NCBI GenBank assembly: GCA_964537075.1
Contig: CAZIBB010000001.1
Location: 19,072-83,071, forward strand
Length of the DNA: 64,000 nt
Direction of reading: 5' to 3'
Source: an uncultured Bdellovibrionales bacterium
GTDB lineage: Bacteria > Patescibacteriota > Minisyncoccia > Moranbacterales > UBA1568
Part shown: one piece after another, positions 46,943 through 57,801 of the stretch
Position numbering within the stretch: the first letter of the stretch is position 1
How the letters are laid out: every line of letters begins with the position of its first letter
Translations under genes and position numbers: made by a program
The notes under the pieces: generated by a model
Databases searched by the model: none
What the model saw: only the letters and a program-made list of their open reading frames with translations
Told to the model about the DNA's origin: nothing

Positions 46943-48694
46943 CTACTCTTTCGTCGCGCGGAGGATTTCTTCGATGGAGGTCATGCCGATCACGCATTTC
47001 GCGAAACCGTCCTCCACCATGGTCGCCATATGATTCTCATATCGGGCGGCCTTCTCGATGTCTTCGGTCGTGGCCGCTTGAGAGATAAGTTTGCGGATAT
47101 TACTTTCCATTTCGAGCACCTCATAGACGCCGCCGCGGCCGCGATACCCTTCGCCGCCGCACTGATCACAGCTTCCCGGCTGATAAAAGTCAATATCATC
47201 CCAATTCTTCACCTTCGCCATATATTTCACCGTCTCCTTGTGTTTCTTGAGAAAAGTCATCAGTGCATCAATATCATAATTTCTCCCCAGGGCCTCGATC
47301 TGTTTCGCGTCCAATCGATAGGGTTTGCGACACTCCGGACACAAACGCCTCACGAGACGCTGTGCGATGATCACGTTCACGGTCGAAGCGATGAGGAATG
47401 GTTCCGCACCCATATCAAGCATGCGAGGAAGCGTAGCGGCCGCGCTATTGGTATGAAGGGTCGAAAGTACAAGGTGTCCGGTCATCGCGGCATGCATCGC
47501 GATTTCAAGCGTTTCATTATCGCGGATTTCACCGACCATGATGATATCCGGATCCTGACGAAGAAGCGCCCGGAGCCCAGCCGCGAAGGTCATCCCTACT
47601 TTCGAATTGATCTGCGTCTGATTCACCCGTGGCATGCGATATTCCACCGGATCCTCGACGGTGCTCACATTCACTTCGGGAGTATTGAGGATATCCATCG
47701 CGGTGTAGAGCGTCGTCGTTTTTCCGGAACCGGTCGGTCCGGTCACAAGAATCATCCCGTTCGGCTTATTCATCTGGCGCTGTACCGCCTCAAGCGCATC
47801 TTCCGAAATACCCATTTTTTCCAAAGTAAGTCCGCTTGACGTTTCATCGAGCAAACGCATCACCACTTTTTCCCCATCGAAAATTGGGAGAATACTGACA
47901 CGAAAAGAAATCTTGTACTCGTCCTTCGCGATCTTGAATCGTCCATCCTGTGGCACGCGATGTTCGTCGAGCTTGAGATTGGAGAGCACCTTGATACGAG
48001 CCACGATTCCCGCAGCGGTATCTTTCGGAAGTGACATCGCATCATGAAGCACTCCGTCGATACGGTATCTGACATGCACTTCCTTCTCATCCGGTTCGAT
48101 ATGGATGTCCGATGCCTTCTGGAGAATAGCGTGCTTGAGGAGGGTATCCACCACACGGATGATCGGGAGATCAGCCGCGACTTTTTCCAGATTATCCCCG
48201 GGAGAGACATCCTCATCCTTCTTCACGCCATCCGTCAGAATATCTCCGAATTCCGCCTCCAAACTCCGACCATATTGACGGAGAATGACCTGAATACTCT
48301 CTTTCGTGGTAAGACATGGGATGATCTTCAGCCCCGTTTTTTTCTTGATGAAATCGATGGTCTGCAGGTCGTCCGGACTGAGCATCGCCACCTTCAGGTT
48401 CATTCCCACCTTTTCAAAGGAAACGATATTTGATTTCTTCGCAATAAGCTCAGGAATGATCTGCAGAATCTCCTCCGGTACCGCCTGCTTGGAAAGATCC
48501 ACAAACGGGATGCCGAGCACATAGGCATAGACTTTCTGCAAATCCGCCTCCGATATGAGCTCCTTTTCAAACAGTGCCTTTCCGAAGTCTTTTTGACTCT
48601 TGGTCACCTCGTCGAACACCACTTCCAAATCCTCCTTCTTCACCAGATTGGAATCAAGAAGAAATTCCTTCAATTGAGCATTACTAACATGCAT
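46943..48694 (-). CDS. pilB: Type IV pilus assembly ATPase PilB (GspE family)
   Basis: GSPII_E N-domain, Walker A GPTGSGKTTTLY, Asp/His boxes, tetracysteine CPECRKP...CDQCGG. Confidence 0.9.
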   Translation of the reverse strand: MHVSNAQLKEFLLDSNLVKKEDLEVVFDEVTKSQKDFGKALFEKELISEADLQKVYAYVLGIPFVDLSKQAVPEEILQIIPELIAKKSNIVSFEKVGMNLKVAMLSPDDLQTIDFIKKKTGLKIIPCLTTKESIQVILRQYGRSLEAEFGDILTDGVKKDEDVSPGDNLEKVAADLPIIRVVDTLLKHAILQKASDIHIEPDEKEVHVRYRIDGVLHDAMSLPKDTAAGIVARIKVLSNLKLDEHRVPQDGRFKIAKDEYKISFRVSILPIFDGEKVVMRLLDETSSGLTLEKMGISEDALEAVQRQMNKPNGMILVTGPTGSGKTTTLYTAMDILNTPEVNVSTVEDPVEYRMPRVNQTQINSKVGMTFAAGLRALLRQDPDIIMVGEIRDNETLEIAMHAAMTGHLVLSTLHTNSAAATLPRMLDMGAEPFLIASTVNVIIAQRLVRRLCPECRKPYRLDAKQIEALGRNYDIDALMTFLKKHKETVKYMAKVKNWDDIDFYQPGSCDQCGGEGYRGRGGVYEVLEMESNIRKLISQAATTEDIEKAARYENHMATMVEDGFAKCVIGMTSIEEILRATKE

Positions 48695-48864
48695 AGTATT
48701 TTTCTTTGTATTCTTTGTATTGTTTCTATTATACAACAAAAGCGTAAAAATAGAGAAAAAACAACGCAGGAAGCAAATCCTGCGTTGATTGATCATATTC
48801 ACCGCTTCTCTTTTCTCTACTCTGCCTTCTATTTCCTCACCTCTATCCTCTTCTCTCTTCTCCT

Positions 48865-50547
<1,683 letters not shown>

Positions 50548-50597
50548 TCAAAATGATTTCCCGTTTATTGTTTCCTGTTAATGGTTATCTGATTTGT

Positions 50598-50624
50598 TTA
50601 GCACTCTCTATTATAGACTGCTAA
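50598..50624. promoter_or_regulatory. CIRCE operator upstream of groEL
   Basis: TTAGCACTC-TCTATTATA-GACTGCTAA. Confidence 0.75.
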
Positions 50625-50690
50625 ACAAAGATGTCAACTTCCGGCGATTCCGACAAAAGCAGCTCATCCGTCCTGAAAAAATACTCCTGT

Positions 50691-51137
50691 TTACTTTTTG
50701 ACCCCCGTGTTCGCGGTCGATTTCGAATCGCAGGTGAAGGTATACCAGTTCGCCTTCTGTACGCCGATACCCATAGTATCGCTTGCGAGCACATTGATAA
50801 TCGTATTCACGATGAGCCAGCCGGTGAGAATGAGTGCCAGTCCCGTGATTACCCTCCAGATCATCCCTTTGGCCGTACTCATCATACCGGTGTTTCCGGC
50901 TGAAACGATATAGGTAATGCCGGCGATCATGATGAGCGCGAGTCCGATGATGACCATGACGCTCATCCCCCAGTCGATAATACCTTTGCCGCCGATGATA
51001 ATATGGCACAACGTGCATACCTCAGGATGTTCTGTCGTTCCGCAAGGAACGAGTCCGGCATCCACCGGAAGCGGCACGAACAGGAGCGGCATAAGGATAA
51101 GAGCGAAGGCAAATACGAGTCGTGCGGATGATTTCAT
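50691..51137 (-). CDS. Small secreted 2-TM protein, VirB2/TrbC-like (T4SS-pilin-like) candidate
   Basis: Signal peptide (cleavage near VDA), conserved cysteines (PCGTTEHPEVCTLCH), then two hydrophobic helices; 148 aa. Confidence 0.35.
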   Translation of the reverse strand: MKSSARLVFAFALILMPLLFVPLPVDAGLVPCGTTEHPEVCTLCHIIIGGKGIIDWGMSVMVIIGLALIMIAGITYIVSAGNTGMMSTAKGMIWRVITGLALILTGWLIVNTIINVLASDTMGIGVQKANWYTFTCDSKSTANTGVKK

Positions 51138-51234
51138 AATTTTTTCTTTAGAGCCTTTTCATATCCATTATACACCCTTTCCCTGAAAAAAATCATATCC
51201 GTATTCCCTCTTTCGATATCCTTCGTGTCTCTCG

Positions 51235-52296
51235 TCATATCTTGAAAATCATCACATCGCCATCCTGTACCCTATATTCCTTCCCTTCCAGGCGAAGCAC
51301 GCCCTGCTCCTTGGCGGCGGCCCAGGATCCGGTCGCGATAAGTTTTTCCCAAAAGATAACCTCCGCGCGTATGAACTTCTCCTGGAAATCAGAATGGATG
51401 GCTGCACCCGCCTGCGGAGCGGTGGATCCCCGAAGTATGGTCCAAGCACGGGTCTCTTGTACACCCGTCGTAAAAAAAGTCATCAAACCGAGAAGAGAAT
51501 ACGCCTCACGAATGAGTTCCGGTAAATGCGTCGAGAGACCGAATTCAGCCTGTTCTTCTTTCGTCATCTCATTTAATTCTTCCTCGATCTTGATATCAAG
51601 ACGCACGTGCGGACGAGATGCCAATGCCGGTGGAAGCGCCGCCTCGATATCCGACATATTATAGACATACAGGAATGGTTTCGCCGTCAACAGCGAAAGT
51701 TCTTTGAGAAATCTCCCGCTTTCGTTTGGATCCCCAGGGAGAATGACGGTGTTTCCGAGCAACCCCTGTTCCAATCCGGTCGTAAGCGCTTCGAGAATCG
51801 CCACTTCTTCGACGGCCCCCTTGCGATTGGCGCGGACCTCCTTCATTGTTTTATCCCTCCGCTTCGTCACCGTCTCGAGATCCGACAAGATCAGTTCCGT
51901 ATTGATCACCTCGATATCATTTTCCGGGTCAATCGTATTATGAACATGAATGATATCCGGATTTTCGAACACGCGCACTATCTGGATGATCGCATCCACC
52001 TCACGGATATTGGCGAGAAATTTATTTCCCAATCCTTCGCCGTCGCTCGCGCCTTTGACCAAGCCGGCGATATCGACGAATTCCACCACGGCCGGAACAA
52101 TTTTTTCCGTCTGGGAAAATTCCGAAAGTGCCTGCAGCCGATGATCCGGAACGGTCACGATACCGATATTCGGCTCGATAGTACAGAAAGGATAATTATT
52201 GATATCGACTTGCTTATGCGTCAACGCCTTGAACAGAGTGGACTTCCCGACATTCGGCAAGCCAACAATGCCGACCGAAAGTTTTGTATGCGACAT
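51235..52296 (-). CDS. ychF: Ribosome-binding ATPase YchF
   Basis: GIVGLPNVGKSTLF, a TGS domain, and a conserved C-terminus. Confidence 0.9.
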   Translation of the reverse strand: MSHTKLSVGIVGLPNVGKSTLFKALTHKQVDINNYPFCTIEPNIGIVTVPDHRLQALSEFSQTEKIVPAVVEFVDIAGLVKGASDGEGLGNKFLANIREVDAIIQIVRVFENPDIIHVHNTIDPENDIEVINTELILSDLETVTKRRDKTMKEVRANRKGAVEEVAILEALTTGLEQGLLGNTVILPGDPNESGRFLKELSLLTAKPFLYVYNMSDIEAALPPALASRPHVRLDIKIEEELNEMTKEEQAEFGLSTHLPELIREAYSLLGLMTFFTTGVQETRAWTILRGSTAPQAGAAIHSDFQEKFIRAEVIFWEKLIATGSWAAAKEQGVLRLEGKEYRVQDGDVMIFKI

Positions 52297-52492
52297 AATC
52301 TTGCGTTATGAGTATATGATCGATGTTTCCTTCTTCTTCCTTCGTCCCGATGCTTTTTCTGCCATACCCATTATTATCGCTCGTTTCCCGCTATAATTCA
52401 AGCCATACGGATATCGTGTTCATAGCCGGAAAATCCCCGCCGAATCGGAACACTGCGAGAATGAGAAACCCACATTCATGGATTGACTTCCG

Positions 52493-52521
52493 ATTGACGC
52501 GCCTGATACGCCGCTGTATAT
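52493..52521 (+). promoter_or_regulatory. Putative sigma70-type promoter (TTGACG-17-TATATT) at the strand-switch region
   Basis: TTGACG 52493-52498, TATATT 52516-52521, about 50 nt upstream of the first plus-strand gene. Confidence 0.4.
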
Positions 52522-52572
52522 TCAAAGTGGACGCAATCGTGGAAATATATCCATCTTCTGAAAATATCGTTT

Positions 52573-53112
52573 ATGTCAACATCCGAATCATCACCGCGAC
52601 CCGTACCAAAGGAAGAGCCACAGCCAAGCGCACTGAAAAACACGGCGCGAGCATGGGGTGGTCGTTTGGCGGCAGCTGGAGCGCTCGCAATGCCACTCGC
52701 GGGACAGGCGGCGGAAATCCCAGAAGAGCGTGTGAGTCCGCAGAAAACGGAAAAAATCATTTCTCAAAAAGAAAATCCGGATCACATTGCCAAAAGCCTC
52801 ATGGAAGCGCGACAGAGCATGCGGGAAAAAATCGACCGATTGGGAATCTTCACTGGCGGACCGGAATTCATCGAAAATGTGAAACAGAATGCGAATACCG
52901 TCCGCGCCTTTCTGGATAATCCCTCCGTCATACCGAAGCTTCCGGGAGTATTGGGTGAAATAGTAGAGCTCTATGCTTCGACACTCGTCGATGCGAAGAA
53001 ATATGCTCCTTCTCTGTATGTGGAAAACGTGAAGTTTTTTCAGCATGCTTTGGAAATCGTGGAAAAGAAACCACTCACGCAAGTCAAACAGGAATTGATA
53101 GCGCTTTTCTGA
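52573..53112 (+). CDS. Hypothetical protein (Pro/Ala-rich N-terminus)
   Basis: 179 aa; the C-terminal half looks like a folded domain. Ends 4 nt before the phosphomannomutase gene. Confidence 0.4.
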   Translation: MSTSESSPRPVPKEEPQPSALKNTARAWGGRLAAAGALAMPLAGQAAEIPEERVSPQKTEKIISQKENPDHIAKSLMEARQSMREKIDRLGIFTGGPEFIENVKQNANTVRAFLDNPSVIPKLPGVLGEIVELYASTLVDAKKYAPSLYVENVKFFQHALEIVEKKPLTQVKQELIALF

Positions 53113-53163
53113 GCGATGCGAGTTTTTTTCTTTCCTCTCTCTATCCTCTCAACAAACAATTCT

Positions 53164-54498
53164 ATGAATCCGGGAATTTTCAAAGCCTATGACATGCGCG
53201 GTATTTATCCGACCGACCTCGACGAACATGACGCGTACGATATCGGACGCGCCTTCGTCCTCCATTTTCGTCCGAAAAAAATAGCCGTGGGACAGGATAT
53301 CCGCCGTTCGAGTCAAAGTCTCTTCGAGGCTTTCATCCGCGGTGTCACGGAAAGCGGTGTGGATGTCCTCGATCTCGGTCTCACCTCGACACCGATGGTC
53401 TATTTCGCGGCCGGGACGCTCGATGTCGATGCCGTCGTCGCGATCACTGCATCGCATAATCCCCCGCAATGGAATGGTATGAAGTTCGCCCTGCGCGGCG
53501 CTATTCCGGTCGGGGAAACAACCGGGCTCTCCGATATTCGCGACCTCGCTCTCGAAGGAAAATATCTCGCGTCCGAAATGGTCGGCATGGTCGCCTCGCA
53601 TAATATCAAAAACGACTATATTAATTATTTCACTTCCTTCGCCGATTTCCAAGGGAAAAAATTCACGATCGCCGTCGATACCGCTAATGCGATGGGAGTG
53701 CTTGAACTCGACATGTATCGGAAATTTCCAGAAGAACTGAACATGGTAAATATCTACGATGATCTTTCACATCCCTTCGAATGCCATGAAGCGAATCCAC
53801 TCAAACTCGAAACCCTTGCGGAAATCCAAGCAAAGGTTCGTGAAGTGAATGCTGATCTCGGCATCTGTTACGATGGCGATGCGGATCGTGTCGGCTTTAT
53901 CGATGAAACAGGAGTGATCATCCCGATGGATCTCATTACCGGGCTTCTCGGAAAAAGCGTTCTCGAACGGAATCCAGGTGCCACCATACTCTACGATCTC
54001 CGCTCCTCCCGTGCAGTAAAAGAGGTAATCGAAGAGAACGGCGGCGTCGCGCTCGAGTGCCAAGTCGGACATGCCAATATCAAAAAACAAATGCGCGAAA
54101 CGGGTGCCATCTTTGCTGGCGAACTCTCCGGACACTATTATTTCAAAGAAAATTCCTTCGCGGAATCAAGCACCCTCGCTGCGATCTATCTCCTTAATCT
54201 CATGGCCAAGACCGGAAAGAAGATATCCGAACTCGCGCTCGATCTCCGTCGCTACGCCCACTCAGGAGAAATCAATAGCGTTGTGGCGAATAAAGACGCT
54301 GTCATCGCGACACTCAAAGAAAAATACGCCGATGGCATCATCACCGAACTCGACGGCGTGAAAATAGATTACCCCGACTGGTGGTTCAATGTCCGCCCTT
54401 CCAATACCGAGCCGGTACTGCGGCTCAATCTCGAAGCGAAGACGAAAGAGCAGATGAAAATGAAACAGACTGAATTACTCGCTCTTATCCGGGGGTGA
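53164..54498 (+). CDS. Phosphomannomutase/phosphoglucomutase (alpha-D-phosphohexomutase)
   Basis: Active-site loop ITASHNPPQWNGMKF and metal site DGDADR. Likely start MNPGIFKAYDMRGIY at 53164. Confidence 0.85.
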   Translation: MNPGIFKAYDMRGIYPTDLDEHDAYDIGRAFVLHFRPKKIAVGQDIRRSSQSLFEAFIRGVTESGVDVLDLGLTSTPMVYFAAGTLDVDAVVAITASHNPPQWNGMKFALRGAIPVGETTGLSDIRDLALEGKYLASEMVGMVASHNIKNDYINYFTSFADFQGKKFTIAVDTANAMGVLELDMYRKFPEELNMVNIYDDLSHPFECHEANPLKLETLAEIQAKVREVNADLGICYDGDADRVGFIDETGVIIPMDLITGLLGKSVLERNPGATILYDLRSSRAVKEVIEENGGVALECQVGHANIKKQMRETGAIFAGELSGHYYFKENSFAESSTLAAIYLLNLMAKTGKKISELALDLRRYAHSGEINSVVANKDAVIATLKEKYADGIITELDGVKIDYPDWWFNVRPSNTEPVLRLNLEAKTKEQMKMKQTELLALIRG

Positions 54499-54588
54499 TT
54501 GACGAGTATTCAAAGGAGCGATATACTGATTTCAATGAATACTCATGATTTGAAGAAAAAAGCAGCAGAAGCGAAACGAAACGGTTGA

Positions 54589-54614
54589 AACCGCCCTCTG
54601 GGGTGGTTTTTTTC
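54589..54614 (+). terminator. Rho-independent terminator after the phosphomannomutase gene
   Basis: CCGCCC-TCTG-GGGTGG followed by TTTTTTT. Confidence 0.55.
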
Positions 54615-54650
54615 TAGTCCTTTAAACTTCAAGGAAGAGGAGTAATCATC

Positions 54651-54863
54651 ATGGGAAACATTCATCCCTCAGACACAGTATCTCTGAACAATATCCCTTG
54701 TCCGATCATGCCGAGCGAACACCCAAACAGGTACTGCGATTGCCCGCGCGCTCTTCTCGGGTTTTCAGGAAACTGTCATGCCTCCGGCGAATGCAAGGTC
54801 ATCACACTCGTTCCCGGAGCCAGAGAAGAAGCGATCCGATTCACGGATCGGCACAGTTACTGA
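54651..54863 (+). CDS. Cysteine-rich small protein (70 aa, 6 Cys), stand-alone unit
   Basis: Strong Shine-Dalgarno AAGGAAGAGGAG 6-8 nt before the ATG. CPIMP...CDCP...CHASGEC. Terminators flank both sides. Confidence 0.4.
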   Translation: MGNIHPSDTVSLNNIPCPIMPSEHPNRYCDCPRALLGFSGNCHASGECKVITLVPGAREEAIRFTDRHSY

Positions 54864-54880
54864 TTCAGATTCAGACACCT

Positions 54881-54910
54881 GACCAAGGAACTCCTTGGTC
54901 TGTTTTTTTC
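54881..54910 (+). terminator. Rho-independent terminator
   Basis: GACCAAGG-AACT-CCTTGGTC followed by TGTTTTTTTC. Confidence 0.6.
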
Positions 54911-55966
54911 TTATATGTTCTTTGCTCCTTGTTCCTTGTTCATTGTGATGAGTTGTCCGCAGGCGGCGGCAATATCGTTTCCCATGGCGCGCCGTCGCGT
55001 CACATCGACACCCCGCTCTTGCAATATTTCCTGAAATTTCGTTACGTGCTCCTCATCGCTTTTATGATACGTGCTCGCGGTCGTGTTATACGGGATGAGA
55101 TTTACCTTCACTTTTCCGATACCGTTCGCGAAACGGGCAAGCTCCAGAGCGCTCGCCTCGGTATCATTTACTCCTTCGAGAAGAATATATTCGAGCGTCA
55201 GGTGCCGCCTCGCCTCAGGGAATTTCTCGAAATAATTCTTCGTCCAAGCAGAAAGTTTTTGCAAAAATTCTGGGTATGATGTCGGCATCATCTCCTGACG
55301 CAACAACGCATTGGCCGAATGGAGCGATATCGCGAGCCGTACCGGCGGCCATGTCGTATCATTGAGGAGCATCTGAAGCATCGGAATAAGCCCGACTGTC
55401 GACACGGTGATCTTCGTCGGTCCGATATCGGTATGTGTGAGAATAGTCTCTATGGCAGCTTTCACATTTTCGTAATTGGCAAGCGGTTCCCCCATACCCA
55501 TAAAAACGATATTACTCACTCGATCATGTTCATTCTTCAAGGCAGCCAGACGATATGCCCAAAATCGGTACTGATCAATAATCTCGTCTTCGCTTAAATT
55601 TCGACTCAATCCCATTTTTCCGGTTGCGCAAAACGTGCACGCCATGGCACATCCTACCTGAGAGGAAACACAGATAGTCCGGTATCCACGGGCATTTCGC
55701 ATCAGTACCGTCTCGATACGCGCCCCATCGGACAAGCTGAGTACCGCTTTTTCAGTATCACCATTATAACTTTTCAATACCATCACTTCCTGCGTCGAAA
55801 GAAACGGCAGAGCCGCCATCAATGATTCCCTCATATCTTTCGAGAGTGAGGTCATCACTTCGAAGGAACCGAGATTCGGGTCAAACAGCCCCTGCTTAAA
55901 CTGACGCCATCGGAAAGCTGGGGCATCGGGAAATAACTCCGAAAAGATTTTTTTTCTCATTTCCAT
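54911..55966 (-). CDS. rlmN: 23S rRNA/tRNA (adenine-C2)-methyltransferase RlmN (radical SAM)
   Basis: GCAMACTFCATG, MGMGEPLANY, and the C-terminal Cys (AAACGQL). Confidence 0.9.
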   Translation of the reverse strand: MEMRKKIFSELFPDAPAFRWRQFKQGLFDPNLGSFEVMTSLSKDMRESLMAALPFLSTQEVMVLKSYNGDTEKAVLSLSDGARIETVLMRNARGYRTICVSSQVGCAMACTFCATGKMGLSRNLSEDEIIDQYRFWAYRLAALKNEHDRVSNIVFMGMGEPLANYENVKAAIETILTHTDIGPTKITVSTVGLIPMLQMLLNDTTWPPVRLAISLHSANALLRQEMMPTSYPEFLQKLSAWTKNYFEKFPEARRHLTLEYILLEGVNDTEASALELARFANGIGKVKVNLIPYNTTASTYHKSDEEHVTKFQEILQERGVDVTRRRAMGNDIAAACGQLITMNKEQGAKNI

Positions 55967-56017
55967 AGCCCCTGATACTACACGACTAATCAGGAGCGGT
56001 CAACCGTTACGAGCAGA

Positions 56018-56338
56018 CTACTGCGCATAGAAAATATCCCGATATTCCCTCTTTTCTTCAAAAGCCTTTTCCTTCGCTGATATTTCTTTCAAGGTATTCA
56101 TAAATTTCTCTTCCTTGAAATTCGTTTCTTTCGCATGTTCGTCCAGATAGGAGCGCTTCTCTTCGTCCGTCCAATGAAACTGGTATACCGCCTGTTTCCA
56201 AAACAAAATGCCGAAAGATGCCGTCACGATCATCAGGAAGAAAAAGAGATACCGATGAGAAAAATACCACATCAAAATCAGCCGATGCAGCATGTCCCGC
56301 ACGGTCACCTTCCTTATTTTTTTACCGAATATATTCAT
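56018..56338 (-). CDS. Hypothetical small membrane protein
   Basis: 106 aa; one or two TM helices then a charged tail. Confidence 0.35.
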   Translation of the reverse strand: MNIFGKKIRKVTVRDMLHRLILMWYFSHRYLFFFLMIVTASFGILFWKQAVYQFHWTDEEKRSYLDEHAKETNFKEEKFMNTLKEISAKEKAFEEKREYRDIFYAQ

Positions 56339-56351
56339 AGTCTTTCCTCTT

Positions 56352-56532
56352 AGAGCCTGTTGAAAAATCCACCGCCTGTCAAAAAAGATATGCTTGTCGG
56401 CTTACATTCCAGAATTTCGGCTGCAAACCCCTCAAAGCTCGTCGGAATATCCCGATATTCCTCCTCACTTTTCACGGTTTTCGCTCGAAATTCTGGAATG
56501 TAACGCTCGACATGGCTTTTTCAACAGGCTCT
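56352..56532. mobile_element. MITE-like element, copy iii (AGAGCCTGTTGAAAAA flavour)
   Basis: 181 bp with perfect terminal inverted repeats. Its end abuts the pilO stop codon. Confidence 0.8.
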
Positions 56533-57248
56533 TAATCCTTGGTATAGACGACGATACTGAAAAAAGCTTGTACTAATTTTTTCGCGACCGGTTGCTCCGA
56601 AACGGAAGCAGTACCATCTGAAAATATCGGGTTATTGGTTACAAACGCACTGCCGCGCGACACGCCAGAATCACTTGGTTCCCATTGCCGTATATCAAGC
56701 GACACCACATCGATCGAATAAGACAATGACTCCAACTGATGCAAGAATTGAGCTACCTTCGCATACTCTCCCCGAACATCGAGGCGAAGCGACATATACT
56801 GATCAAACGGCAGATTCTTGAGAATACTTTCGTCTTTCTTCTTTTCCGTATTACTACTGCTTTCATCACTTAATTTGTCGGCATTTTTTGGGGCGGTGAC
56901 CTTGTTCTTCAGCGCCTGATCCTGATTCGTGATACTAATCTCCACATCATTACCATGAGCCAATAATTCGATACTTTCGATAAACGGTACCACCTGATCA
57001 TGACTGACCAAGGTATCGAATTTCCCCTCGTCCTGAAGGATAAGGTCATACTGTTCCCTCAATTGCGGCAGTTCTTTCACTCGGTTCTCTTTGCTTTCTT
57101 GCAAGGCATGATTCGCTTCGATGGTATTCGCCTTCTCAACGATCAGTCTCTGAAAAGGGAAAATACCCCACTGGAAAAGAGCCGCAAAGAGAAGGAATGC
57201 CGTGGCAATGATTCCCAAGGGGATCCACTTGTGTATGGATGAGTTCAT
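56532..57248 (-). CDS. pilO: Type IV pilus assembly protein PilO
   Basis: N-terminal TM plus coiled coil, positioned after pilN. Confidence 0.55.
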   Translation of the reverse strand: MNSSIHKWIPLGIIATAFLLFAALFQWGIFPFQRLIVEKANTIEANHALQESKENRVKELPQLREQYDLILQDEGKFDTLVSHDQVVPFIESIELLAHGNDVEISITNQDQALKNKVTAPKNADKLSDESSSNTEKKKDESILKNLPFDQYMSLRLDVRGEYAKVAQFLHQLESLSYSIDVVSLDIRQWEPSDSGVSRGSAFVTNNPIFSDGTASVSEQPVAKKLVQAFFSIVVYTKD

Positions 57249-57252
57249 AGGT

Positions 57253-57801
57253 TTACTGAATACATTCTTTTTTCACTGAAAAACCGATCTGGAAAACGAT
57301 ATCCTTCGGCGACAGCCAAGTGGAAGGAGGGATATCGATGGCGGTAAAACACGATTCCTTATTCAGATTCTTTTCGAGTAAAACAATATCGTTCCGATCG
57401 CCCGCCTTTCCGGAAAAATCAACCTCATAATCCTTGGTCGCCACACTGGAAAGAATCACTCCGGGAGGGAGCGCCTGCTCCAACTTGATCAATAATTCCG
57501 TAAAATGAAAATGTTCCTGATTCAGACGGGCGACTATATCCACCTTTCTGTTCACCTCCTGAAACTTCGCTTCGCTTTCAGCAAGCATTTTCCGATTCGC
57601 GTCCAACTCCATCTGTCTTGTCGTGTCCTGAAAAGATGTTTCACTATACTGCAGGGAGAAAAACGCCCCCGTAAGGATCACTATATACAGACCCAAGAAG
57701 AACAAAAGCATCAGCATCTGAGAGAATACGAACCGGGACCGTACCCTCTCTTTCAGGTACAGCTTTTTGTTTTCCGGCAACAAATTAAGCAAGATATTCA
57801 T
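57253..57801 (-). CDS. pilN: Type IV pilus assembly protein PilN
   Basis: N-terminal NILLNLLPENKK (the INLLP motif), a TM, and a periplasmic domain. Confidence 0.65.
   Translation of the reverse strand: MNILLNLLPENKKLYLKERVRSRFVFSQMLMLLFFLGLYIVILTGAFFSLQYSETSFQDTTRQMELDANRKMLAESEAKFQEVNRKVDIVARLNQEHFHFTELLIKLEQALPPGVILSSVATKDYEVDFSGKAGDRNDIVLLEKNLNKESCFTAIDIPPSTWLSPKDIVFQIGFSVKKECIQ

Noticed and set aside
50611-51018. His/Arg/Tyr-rich 135-aa minus-strand ORF
   Set aside because: It fully overlaps, in another frame, the better-supported 148-aa signal-peptide/2-TM ORF (50691..51137); the composition is typical of an out-of-frame artefact.
52591-53082. 163-aa minus-strand ORF antisense to 52573..53112
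   Set aside because: It overlaps the plus-strand ORF whose C-terminal half looks protein-like and which sits in operon position with pmm; the GC-rich region yields open frames on both strands.
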